Shown: positions 18,686 to 26,631 of the stretch, one piece after another
How the letters are laid out: the number at the start of each line of letters is the position of its first letter
Position numbering within the stretch: position 1 is the first letter of the stretch
Source: Terrimicrobiaceae bacterium
GTDB taxonomy: Bacteria; Verrucomicrobiota; Verrucomicrobiia; Chthoniobacterales; Terrimicrobiaceae
Assembly: GCA_036525175.1 (NCBI GenBank)
Contig: DATDAX010000076.1
Span: 1-56,194, forward strand
Length of the DNA: 56,194 bases
Direction of reading: 5' to 3'
Translations under genes and position numbers: made by a program
Notes under the pieces: model-generated
The model's input: only the letters and a program-made list of their open reading frames with translations
The model's database searches: none
Told to the model about the DNA's origin: nothing

Positions 18686-20101
18686 GTGTTTTCCTCTGTT
18701 GCGAAGCTCTCCTCAATTCGCTGGGCATGGGTCCTCGTACCAGGATTGGTGCTCTATTTCGCACCGATCGGAAGGCTGACCGCCGATCAGCGCCATCTGC
18801 TCGCGTTCTTCACATCCACGATTATCGCTCTCATCGTTCGCCCGATTCCGATGAGCGTTTGCGTGCTGATCTCGATGACACTGCTTGCGCTCACAGGCAC
18901 GATTTCGCCTACAGAAGCCCTCTCGGGCTTTGGCAGCCCCACGGTATGGCTCGTCTTTTCGGCTTTCATCTATGCCTTGGCGGTGATGAAGACCCAACTT
19001 GGGCTCCGGATCGCCTATTTTTTTATCAGCCGTTTTGGCAAAACCTCATTGAGCCTCGGATACTCCCTCGCGCTCTCGAACCTCGCGCTCGCCACCGTCG
19101 TGCCTTCCGACACCGGCCGCGGTGGTGGGATTATGGCGCCGTTGGTTCGCAACATCGCGCACGTTCTCGGTTCCGATCCAGGACCAACAGGGCCGCGCAT
19201 CGGCCTTTACCTGACACTGGTCGCTTTCCACACCAATTACGCGGCTTCGGCAATGTTTTTGACCGGCATGGTGGGCAATCCGCTCATTGCGAAGTACGCG
19301 CACGAAATCGCCGGCGTCGATCTCTCGTGGCCACGTTGGGCTCTGGCCTCGAGCGTCCCGGGCCTGTGCACGTTTGCGCTGGTCCCCTGGCTTATCCATC
19401 ACCTATGCCCGCCGCAGATGAAAGAAACCGAGCACGCCCGTTCATTTGCACAGCTCAAGCTCGTGGAAATGGGGCGGATGACGCGCGCCCAAGGGACCTT
19501 GCTAGTCGTGCTTCTGATGGTCATCACTGGATGGATCACCGCGCCCCTGCACGGCATCAACACTACAGTGATGGCGCTCGCTGGTCTCTGCCTGCTCCTG
19601 ATTTCGGGAGTGTTAGCATGGGACGACGTCATAGGACACACAAAGGCCTGGGACGCAATCACCTGGTTCGCGCCGCTGCTGATGATGGCAGAGCAATTGA
19701 GCAAGCGGGGCGTCATCCGCATCGTTTTCGGCGCCGCCTTTGACCAGTTGCAAGGCTGGCCCTGGGCGTTTGCCCTTGCGGCCTTGGCCGCGAGCTACCT
19801 TTACGCCCACTATGGGTTCGCAAGCATGACTGCTCATGTTTCTGCGCTCTATCCGGGCTTTCTCGGCGCGGCCTTGGTCGCCGGTGCTCCCGGAGCGCTC
19901 GCCGTCTTGATTCTGGCGTTTTTTTCCAGTTTGAACGCTGGGATCACCCACTACGGCACGGGTTCTGCGCTCATCTATTTTGCGCCCGGATACGTTTCAC
20001 AAGACCTATGGTGGCTGGTTGGCTTCCTCGTCTCAGTTCTAAACCTCGCAATCTGGGGAGGGATCGGCCCGGTGTGGTGGGACATTGTGGGACTATGGTG
20101 A
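18686..20101 (+). CDS. DASS/SLC13-family anion (di/tricarboxylate) permease
   Basis: Contains TISPTEALSGFGSPTVWLVFSAF, SDTGRGGGIMAPL and a duplicated hairpin-motif architecture. The start is uncertain: the ORF is open from 18449, and the GTG at 18686 lies just before the first helix. Confidence 0.8.
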   Translation: MFSSVAKLSSIRWAWVLVPGLVLYFAPIGRLTADQRHLLAFFTSTIIALIVRPIPMSVCVLISMTLLALTGTISPTEALSGFGSPTVWLVFSAFIYALAVMKTQLGLRIAYFFISRFGKTSLSLGYSLALSNLALATVVPSDTGRGGGIMAPLVRNIAHVLGSDPGPTGPRIGLYLTLVAFHTNYAASAMFLTGMVGNPLIAKYAHEIAGVDLSWPRWALASSVPGLCTFALVPWLIHHLCPPQMKETEHARSFAQLKLVEMGRMTRAQGTLLVVLLMVITGWITAPLHGINTTVMALAGLCLLLISGVLAWDDVIGHTKAWDAITWFAPLLMMAEQLSKRGVIRIVFGAAFDQLQGWPWAFALAALAASYLYAHYGFASMTAHVSALYPGFLGAALVAGAPGALAVLILAFFSSLNAGITHYGTGSALIYFAPGYVSQDLWWLVGFLVSVLNLAIWGGIGPVWWDIVGLW

Positions 20102-20112
20102 GTCATCTGGGG

Positions 20113-21558
20113 TTATCGATTCATCGAGGAACGACCGGCGAAAGATTGCGGCTCTGCGGGTGTCGGAAGCGACATTGACACCCGTTTCGCGCGGGCCAAA
20201 GGGAGCTCAAAGACCACCCGCAACCCACCTTTGCGCGGACCGGCCTCAGCGCGAATCGTGCCGTCGTGTAGCTGGATAATGACGCGGACGATGGCAAGGC
20301 CAAGCCCGCTTCCTTCAACAACCCGAGTACCAGCGGGAGATGGCAGGCGTACGAAGCGTTCGAAGATTCGCTCGCGTTGGTCGGCAGGCACCCCGGGCCC
20401 CTCGTCTTCAATCGCGACACGCCAGCTGTCCACCGTCAATTCCGAATCGAGAGTGATGAGGCTGCCGTGAGGCGAGACGTTCAACGCGTTGGTCAGCAGG
20501 TTGAGCAGAACCTGCCGGATCCACTTAGGGTCGAAATCGGCCCGCTTACCTCTCGCGATGCGCGCAGCAAATCGAACCCCCCGATGTTCCGCAAGCACCC
20601 GGGCGTCGGGAACAAAGGCCTCCAGGAATTCGCTCGAATCAGAATAACGGATACCCAGAGTAACCGCCTGCGCTTCGGCGCGTGACAAAAAGAGCAGGTC
20701 CTCGATGATCAGTTCCAGGCGGCCAATTTCGTCCATCTGCGCCTGCGCGGCTTCCTGCTGCTGGTCCGGTGTCAGACCTTCGTTCACCAGGAGCTTCTCC
20801 GCTTCCAGCCGCAGCAGGGACAGAGGCGTCTTCAACTCATGCGAAGCCTCTGCGCTGAAGCGCCGAATCTGATTGAACGACGATTCCAAGCGATCGAACA
20901 TCTCATTGAGCAACCGGGCGAGATCGGAAATTTCGTCATGCACGTCCGAGACCGGGATGCGTTGGCTAAGATTGTCCGAGCGAATCCGATTGGCCGTTTC
21001 CTGGATGATTCGCACCGGCCGCAGCGCGACCTGACTGACGACGAGTCCGATCACGACGCTTGCAACCAAGCTCTGCGCCGCCAGCACGAGGCTGATCTGG
21101 GCGTAACCGTCGATGACCTGATCAGCCGCGGCCCTCGACGTCCCGACCAACACTTCGTAATTTTCAAACGGAAAGCGACCGACGCGGAGCCTGCCGATCC
21201 GCGCAAGTTCGGCATCGAAGACCTTGGGATGAGAGTCGTCGATGGGAAGCCGATGGCCACCAAGATTCCTGGAGCTGAAGAGGATCCGCCCATCGGCATC
21301 GCGGATTTCGATATGGAACTGCCGGCTGCTGCGCCCGTCTATCGTCTGCATCCGATTGGCGAGTTCCTCCGCAGTCAGCGTGGCGAGGCCGGAACCGAGG
21401 GCCGACTTCACGTTTTCGAACTCCACTGCGTTCAACAGGTCGAGGCTGTGAATCAAGTGGCGGTTCAGGAGGTAAAACCCAATCGCCACCAGAGATATCA
21501 GCGTGACCGTCGACACGACCGAATACCAGACTGCCAGCCGGGCTCCAAGTGACCTCAT
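20113..21558 (-). CDS. Two-component sensor histidine kinase (2 TM, HAMP, HisKA, HATPase_c)
   Basis: Has the H-box SHELKTPLSLL, the N-box LLNLLTNALNVSP, and G-boxes DEGPGV and GSGLGLAIV. Confidence 0.9.
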   Translation of the reverse strand: MRSLGARLAVWYSVVSTVTLISLVAIGFYLLNRHLIHSLDLLNAVEFENVKSALGSGLATLTAEELANRMQTIDGRSSRQFHIEIRDADGRILFSSRNLGGHRLPIDDSHPKVFDAELARIGRLRVGRFPFENYEVLVGTSRAAADQVIDGYAQISLVLAAQSLVASVVIGLVVSQVALRPVRIIQETANRIRSDNLSQRIPVSDVHDEISDLARLLNEMFDRLESSFNQIRRFSAEASHELKTPLSLLRLEAEKLLVNEGLTPDQQQEAAQAQMDEIGRLELIIEDLLFLSRAEAQAVTLGIRYSDSSEFLEAFVPDARVLAEHRGVRFAARIARGKRADFDPKWIRQVLLNLLTNALNVSPHGSLITLDSELTVDSWRVAIEDEGPGVPADQRERIFERFVRLPSPAGTRVVEGSGLGLAIVRVIIQLHDGTIRAEAGPRKGGLRVVFELPLARAKRVSMSLPTPAEPQSFAGRSSMNR

Positions 21559-21566
21559 AGATACAG

Positions 21567-21852
21567 GTTGTAACTCACTGCCGGAAACGTCGGGACAAAT
21601 GTCTCACGGAGAGCAGTCTCCAGCTTTGTGCGCAATTTGCTCATAGAAAATGAAAACCGCTGTGACGCCTCTCGCGCAGCAGCTGCAGTCTGGCAAACCC
21701 AGGTCAAGGACGATCACGTCGTTCACTGTCTCGGACCCGGCATCCCGGGTCGCTTCGTACGCCTGGACCCACATTGTCGTATCACCATTTTCGGAGAGCC
21801 TTTTTTAGAGAAAGACCCAAGCGCCGCTGATCCAGGGAGTTATCGCAAACAT
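21567..21852 (-). pseudogene. Decayed OmpR-family response regulator (internal deletion of about 365 bp plus an early stop), paralogue of the gene at 24268-24954
   Basis: The minus strand reads MFAITPWISGAWVFL*KRLSENGDTTMWVQAYEATRDA...VIVLDLGLPD, compared with the intact MKILVVEDQRRLGLFLKKNLSENGYTTLWVQTCEAARDA...VIILDLGLPD. The DNA aligns by eye to 24268-24380 and 24745-24954 only. Confidence 0.7.
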
Positions 21853-21885
21853 GATCGCAGTCTTTAAAGTCCACCGCGAGCGAGC

Positions 21886-21963
21886 TCCCCTGAAGGAGCG
21901 AGTCAACCGAGAGCGCCGCCCAAAATTAAAAAAATTTCAGCAGCGCTTCACGTTGAGTTTAGC
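21886..21963 (+). promoter_or_regulatory. 78-bp repeated upstream element, copy 1 (22 nt before the glpX start)
   Basis: tcccctgaaggagcgagtcaaccgagagcgccgcccaaaattaaaaaaatttcagcagcgcttcacgttgagtttagc. It differs from the copy at 23434-23511 at 3 of 78 positions. Confidence 0.6.
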
Positions 21964-21985
21964 TTTCTCATGTAACCAACCTCTT

Positions 21986-23047
21986 ATGGCCATAATTACC
22001 TCAGAAACAAGTGATGTGGAACGGCAAATTGAGCTGGACTTCCTTCGAGCCACCGAATCGGCAGCGTTGAATACGCTCCAATGGCTTGGGAAGGGTCAAA
22101 AGGAAAAGGCCGACGAAGCGGCATGTGATGCCATCCGTGGGATGCTTGACCTAGTGGATATACGCGGCGAAGTCGTAATCGGAGAAGGCATTAAGGACGA
22201 GGCGCCAGGTCTGTTCAAAGGGGAAAAGGTCGGCAGTTGGAAAGCGGAGTCACCCCGATTCGAGATTGCGCTGGATCCCGTCGACGGCACGACCAACGCG
22301 AGCAAGGGGATGCCAAATTCCTTGAGTTGCATCGTCGCGGCCCGGTCGCAGGATGGCGAACCGTGCCTTCAGGATATTCCGGCCTTTTACATGAAGAAGC
22401 TTGCCTACCCTCTTGCGGTTCGCCGCGCGTGGATACAGGATCAGAGCCTTCCAATTCACATCGATGCTCCGATTGAGGATGTCATCGACGTAACCGCGCG
22501 CATCCTTGATAAGCAAGTGCGCGACGTTGTTGTCTGCGTAATGGATCGTCCGCGCAACCAAGACATCGTTGAAGCGGTGCGTCAGAAGGGAGCCACGCTT
22601 CGAATGATTATGGACGGAGACATTTCGGCGGCGATGGCACCGGCAATGCACACCTCGACAATCGATCTATACGCCGGCATCGGCGGCACGCCAGAGGGGA
22701 TACTATCCGCGGCCGGCTTGCGCTGCCTCGGCGGAGGTATGCGCGCCAAGATCTGGCCGCGGGACGAAGCCGAAAAGCAGTCGCTGATCGCCGCAGGGTG
22801 GGGCGACCGCTTGGACAAGGAATACATGTCTCGCGATCTAGCCCGTGGTGAGAGCTTGATCTTCGCCGCTACCGGCATCAGCTCGAGTCCATTGTTGGAC
22901 GGGGTCGAGGTGAATGGCTCAATTGCGACCACGCATTCAGTTCTTATGCGGGCAAAAACCGGTACGGTACGCTTCATAAAGGCGCATCACGATCTTAAGC
23001 GGAAGACTGTCCACCTGCGCTCGACCCACACTGAGCGGCGAGTTTGA
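21986..23047 (+). CDS. glpX: Class II fructose-1,6-bisphosphatase (GlpX type)
   Basis: Contains LDFLRATESAALNT..W.GKG.KE.AD.AA..A.R and DPVDGTT, and is GlpX-like in length and pattern. The ATG at 21986 (MAIITSE) is preferred. The upstream part of the track ORF only reads through the repeat element. Confidence 0.88.
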   Translation: MAIITSETSDVERQIELDFLRATESAALNTLQWLGKGQKEKADEAACDAIRGMLDLVDIRGEVVIGEGIKDEAPGLFKGEKVGSWKAESPRFEIALDPVDGTTNASKGMPNSLSCIVAARSQDGEPCLQDIPAFYMKKLAYPLAVRRAWIQDQSLPIHIDAPIEDVIDVTARILDKQVRDVVVCVMDRPRNQDIVEAVRQKGATLRMIMDGDISAAMAPAMHTSTIDLYAGIGGTPEGILSAAGLRCLGGGMRAKIWPRDEAEKQSLIAAGWGDRLDKEYMSRDLARGESLIFAATGISSSPLLDGVEVNGSIATTHSVLMRAKTGTVRFIKAHHDLKRKTVHLRSTHTERRV

Positions 23048-23433
23048 ACTTCCGGCTTCCTTTCATGTTTCTGCGGAAGGCTTTTTTGAAAATTGTATCT
23101 GAGAGGACGCCACTATCATGAATGGCGACTGACCAAGTTCGGCCGTGCAGCCGTGACTGTGAGCACATTTAAGCCAATAACAGCATGCCGACCTATTGAC
23201 CACGACGCCTTCAATTTGGGCCGGCTGCTTTCGGCTGGAAGCCAGCCGAAAGCGTCTCGCTCATGCCTGCCACAGGAAATCGAGTCATCGTCGCGGTCGC
23301 GGTAAATCCAGCAGTCGGGGCAGCCCTGAGCAATCTTGACGGTCGCGCGGCAGAAACGCAGTCTCGCTCTGCGTTGCCATCCATGTAGGACACGTAACTC
23401 GAGCTGCGGAAGGTTGCGTCGTCGCAAGCGAAG

Positions 23434-23511
23434 TCCCCTGAAGGAGCGAGTCAACCGAGAGCGCCGCCCAAAATTAAAAAAAATTCAGCAGCGATTCACG
23501 TTGCGTTTAGC
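23434..23511 (+). promoter_or_regulatory. 78-bp repeated upstream element, copy 2 (46 nt before the thioesterase start)
   Basis: Near-identical to 21886-21963 (3 mismatches, counted by eye). Confidence 0.6.
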
Positions 23512-23557
23512 CTCCCAATGTAATGTGCAGTTGTTCCGGCAACCGCGCCTCTTAACG

Positions 23558-24133
23558 ATGAACCCTATACAGCACCCAACGACCGAAACAGCGGCGAACC
23601 CCATGCACAACCCCGATGCCGGCGCACATCAGATTGTGTTGCGCTTTCTCGCCGAACCTGGCGACATTAATTTCGGCGGAAAAGTGCACGGAGGCGCCGT
23701 CATGAAATGGATCGACCAGGCCGGCTACGCATGTGCCGCCCAATGGGCTGGCTCCTACTGTGTCACCGTTTACGTTGGCGGCATTCGCTTCTATCGGCCG
23801 ATCCAAATCGGGAACATGGTCGAGGTAGAAGCCCGCCTGATCTACACGGGACGCTCGAGCCTTCACATGGCAATCGACGTCCGAGCCCGGGATCCCAAGA
23901 GCAGCACCTTCACAGAGACGACTCACTGCATCATCATCTTCGTCGCAGTGAACGCCGAAGGCACTCCAATCCCTATCCCTTCCTGGGTGCCGGTCACTGC
24001 GGAACAAGTCGCGTGGCATGAACATGCCGTGAAGCTGATGGAGATGCGCAAGTCGCTCGAGGAGGAACATCTCCGGGTTCATCCCGAGCGTCCCGACAAA
24101 TTTCCTTCCTCACCTCGACCGGCATCCCACTAA
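23558..24133 (+). CDS. Acyl-CoA thioesterase (hotdog fold, YciA/Acot-like)
   Basis: Contains N..G.VHGG.VMKWIDQAGYACA and VGGIRFYRPI.IGNMVEVEARLIYTGRSS. The ATG at 23558 is preferred. Confidence 0.82.
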   Translation: MNPIQHPTTETAANPMHNPDAGAHQIVLRFLAEPGDINFGGKVHGGAVMKWIDQAGYACAAQWAGSYCVTVYVGGIRFYRPIQIGNMVEVEARLIYTGRSSLHMAIDVRARDPKSSTFTETTHCIIIFVAVNAEGTPIPIPSWVPVTAEQVAWHEHAVKLMEMRKSLEEEHLRVHPERPDKFPSSPRPASH

Positions 24134-24267
24134 ATTCGAAGACGCGGATTCGCGATGCAATCTGTTGCGTTCAACAAATCCAAGCTGTGAACCGAGTGAC
24201 GGCTGAGCAGGTAAAATAGCCGCAACCGGGAGGCGAGTCGATGGTCAAGACGAGGCGTACCAGAGCG

Positions 24268-24954
24268 TCAACGGGACTTCACGTGATCTCCTAGCAGCTT
24301 GTAACCCACTCCCCGGAACGTCTTGAACAAGGGCTCGCCGCGAGGGACCTCCAGCTTCGAGCGCAGTTTGCTCATGTAAACGTCAAGCAGGTTTGCGTCG
24401 GCGTCCTGATGGGATTCCCAAATCTTCTGACAGATCGACGTCCGCGTAAGAATTCGGTCCGGGTTCTGCATAAACGTCTCGAGCAGCGAAAATTCGCGAC
24501 TGGTCAGTTCCACCGGTTTTCCGTTCAGATGCGCTGAGCGACTGATCAGATCGAGCTTGATGCCGCGGTGCTCGAGAATTGTTTCTTTCACGGCTGCCTG
24601 CCGCCGGACCAGCGAGCGGATACGGGCCATAAGCTCGGTCATGTTGAACGGTTTCGCGAGATAGTCGTCTGCTCCCAGATCGAGGCCCTCCACACGATCC
24701 TGCACGGCATCCCGCGCACTCAGGATGAGCACCGCTTCCTGAAAGCCATCGTGACGCCACTCGCGCAGCAACTGTAGCCCGCTGCCGTCCGGCAAACCCA
24801 GGTCGAGGATGATGACATCGTAACGGTCCTCGCATAGGGCATCCCGCGCGGCCTCGCATGTCTGGACCCACAAAGTCGTGTAACCATTTTCGGACAAATT
24901 CTTTTTAAGAAACAGCCCCAGGCGACGCTGATCTTCGACGACAAGAATCTTCAT
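24268..24954 (-). CDS. OmpR/PhoB-family response regulator
   Basis: The receiver domain has MKILVVEDQ and DVIILDLGLPDGSG. The winged helix has LT.REF.LLE.F and VYMS.LR.KL...FKTFRGVGY. No kinase gene is adjacent. Confidence 0.9.
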   Translation of the reverse strand: MKILVVEDQRRLGLFLKKNLSENGYTTLWVQTCEAARDALCEDRYDVIILDLGLPDGSGLQLLREWRHDGFQEAVLILSARDAVQDRVEGLDLGADDYLAKPFNMTELMARIRSLVRRQAAVKETILEHRGIKLDLISRSAHLNGKPVELTSREFSLLETFMQNPDRILTRTSICQKIWESHQDADANLLDVYMSKLRSKLEVPRGEPLFKTFRGVGYKLLGDHVKSR

Positions 24955-25499
24955 GGAACCTTACACAATGGCAGACTTTGAAGCCTACAGCAAGGCGCCG
25001 TTCCTGAAGCCAAACGGCCAGACAGTCGTCGAACACACTCAATGAAAATGCGGTTGATTCAGAGGGCGATTCCAGTGCTTTTTTGCGCTCTAATCGGATC
25101 CAGGGAAGCCGATTCTGCGATCACGCAAAAATCTAAAAGCACGGCTTCTTTTGCCGTCGCCGAACGAACATGGGCACTGCCCACGACAAGTTGTTCGATG
25201 ATTTCCCTTGCACGTTGAGGATTTTGATGGAGTCGCCCTGAGCTGACTGGCTGACCACCGTCGTCAATATATTCGTCGTTCTGTCAGACATGGCGTTAGG
25301 TGCTCGCATAGCCCTCCGGGAGCAATTACAACTGCCGTTCATGCCCACACTTGATCGTATTCGGGTGACGATCTCCAGCCGCTGCAACGCACGGTTTCTG
25401 GATGGCCCCGGCGGCATGACAAAGTTTCCTGCGGCAGCACGGACGCGCCCGTTGGGGCAACGCATTTCCGAGTCCTGAGCAACCCCCACATCCAAACCC

Positions 25500-26624
25500 A
25501 TGAGTATCCAAAGAAAACTCGACAAAGCACCCCCCTACAAGCTGCTCGCCTGCGACGGCGGCGGAATCCGCGGAACCATCTCCATCGAAATCCTCGCGAA
25601 AATCGAAGACGAGCTCCGTGCCAGCAGCGGAAAGCCCAGTCTCGTGCTCGCCGATTACTTCGATTATGTGGCTGGTACAAGCACCGGCGCTATTATTGCC
25701 ACGCTGGTGGCGCTCGGTTACGACGTCGCCACGATCCGCGACTTTTACCTAAAAAGCGGCGCGGAAATGTTCGAGCCTGCCGCACTTTGGGAACGTCTGC
25801 ACACCAAGTTCGACTCGGACAATCTGTCCCGGATGCTTAAGGAAATCATCGGCGAGCACGAAACCCTCGGCTCGGACAAATTCAAGACACTCCTGATGGT
25901 CGTGCTGCGCAACGCCACCACCGATTCGCCATGGCCGATTTCCAACAATCCCAAGGCCAAATACAACGACCGGGAGACGCGCCGCGACGATAGCAACCTC
26001 AACCTGCCGCTTTGGCAACTCGTCCGCGCTAGCACCGCCGCGCCGACGTTCTTCCCGCCGGAAACAATCCAGGTCGGCACCCAACGCTTCGTCTTCGTCG
26101 ATGGCGGCGTGACGATGTATAACGACCCTGCGTTCCAGCTCTTCCTCATGGCAACGACGGAGCCTTACAAGCTCTGCTGGGAAACGGGCCGCGAAAAGAT
26201 GCTCCTCGTGTCGGTCGGGACCGGTGCGAGCGCCGACGCAAATTCCAAGCTCACGCCGCGAGAGATGAGCCTGCTTTACAATGCGAGCCACATCCCCTCG
26301 GCGCTAATGGCCGCAGCGCTTCACGAGCAGGATTTCTTGTGTCGCACGTTTGGTGACTGCCTGGCCGGTGGCCCGCTGGACCGCGAAATCGGCGACATGA
26401 TCGGCAGAGGCATCCCGGGGCTCGAAAAGCTTTTCACTTACGTTCGCTACAACGCGGATCTTTCGCGCGGAGGGCTCGATGCACTCGGCCTGCAGGGCAT
26501 CAATCCTGAGCATGTCCAACAGATGGATTCTGTGGATCACATCGGCGAGATGCAGCAGGTCGGCCGCGCCGCCGCCGAGCGTTACGTCCATACAAAACTC
26601 CACTTCGCCGCCTTCCCAGCCTAA
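25500..26624 (+). CDS. Patatin-like phospholipase
   Basis: Has the oxyanion motif CDGGGIRG, the nucleophile elbow GTSTG (Ser codon 25680-25682) and the catalytic-dyad Asp in FVDGGVTMYNDP. Confidence 0.9.
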   Translation: MSIQRKLDKAPPYKLLACDGGGIRGTISIEILAKIEDELRASSGKPSLVLADYFDYVAGTSTGAIIATLVALGYDVATIRDFYLKSGAEMFEPAALWERLHTKFDSDNLSRMLKEIIGEHETLGSDKFKTLLMVVLRNATTDSPWPISNNPKAKYNDRETRRDDSNLNLPLWQLVRASTAAPTFFPPETIQVGTQRFVFVDGGVTMYNDPAFQLFLMATTEPYKLCWETGREKMLLVSVGTGASADANSKLTPREMSLLYNASHIPSALMAAALHEQDFLCRTFGDCLAGGPLDREIGDMIGRGIPGLEKLFTYVRYNADLSRGGLDALGLQGINPEHVQQMDSVDHIGEMQQVGRAAAERYVHTKLHFAAFPA

Positions 26625-26631
26625 CTTAGCC

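Noticed and set aside
23116-23454. Overlapping ORFs and a perfect 12-bp stem (gctttcggctgg / ccagccgaaagc at about 23229-23255) downstream of glpX. I considered a small Cys-containing gene or a terminator.
   Set aside because: The ORFs lack starts or RBS and family resemblance. The hairpin has no following T-tract on either strand, so neither a CDS nor an intrinsic terminator is claimed.
25133-25525. 130-aa minus-strand ORF in the RR-patatin intergenic region, overlapping the patatin start.
   Set aside because: It has no recognisable domain, an Arg-rich composition and no RBS. An internal 52-aa version (MSDRTTNILT...) cannot be supported either.
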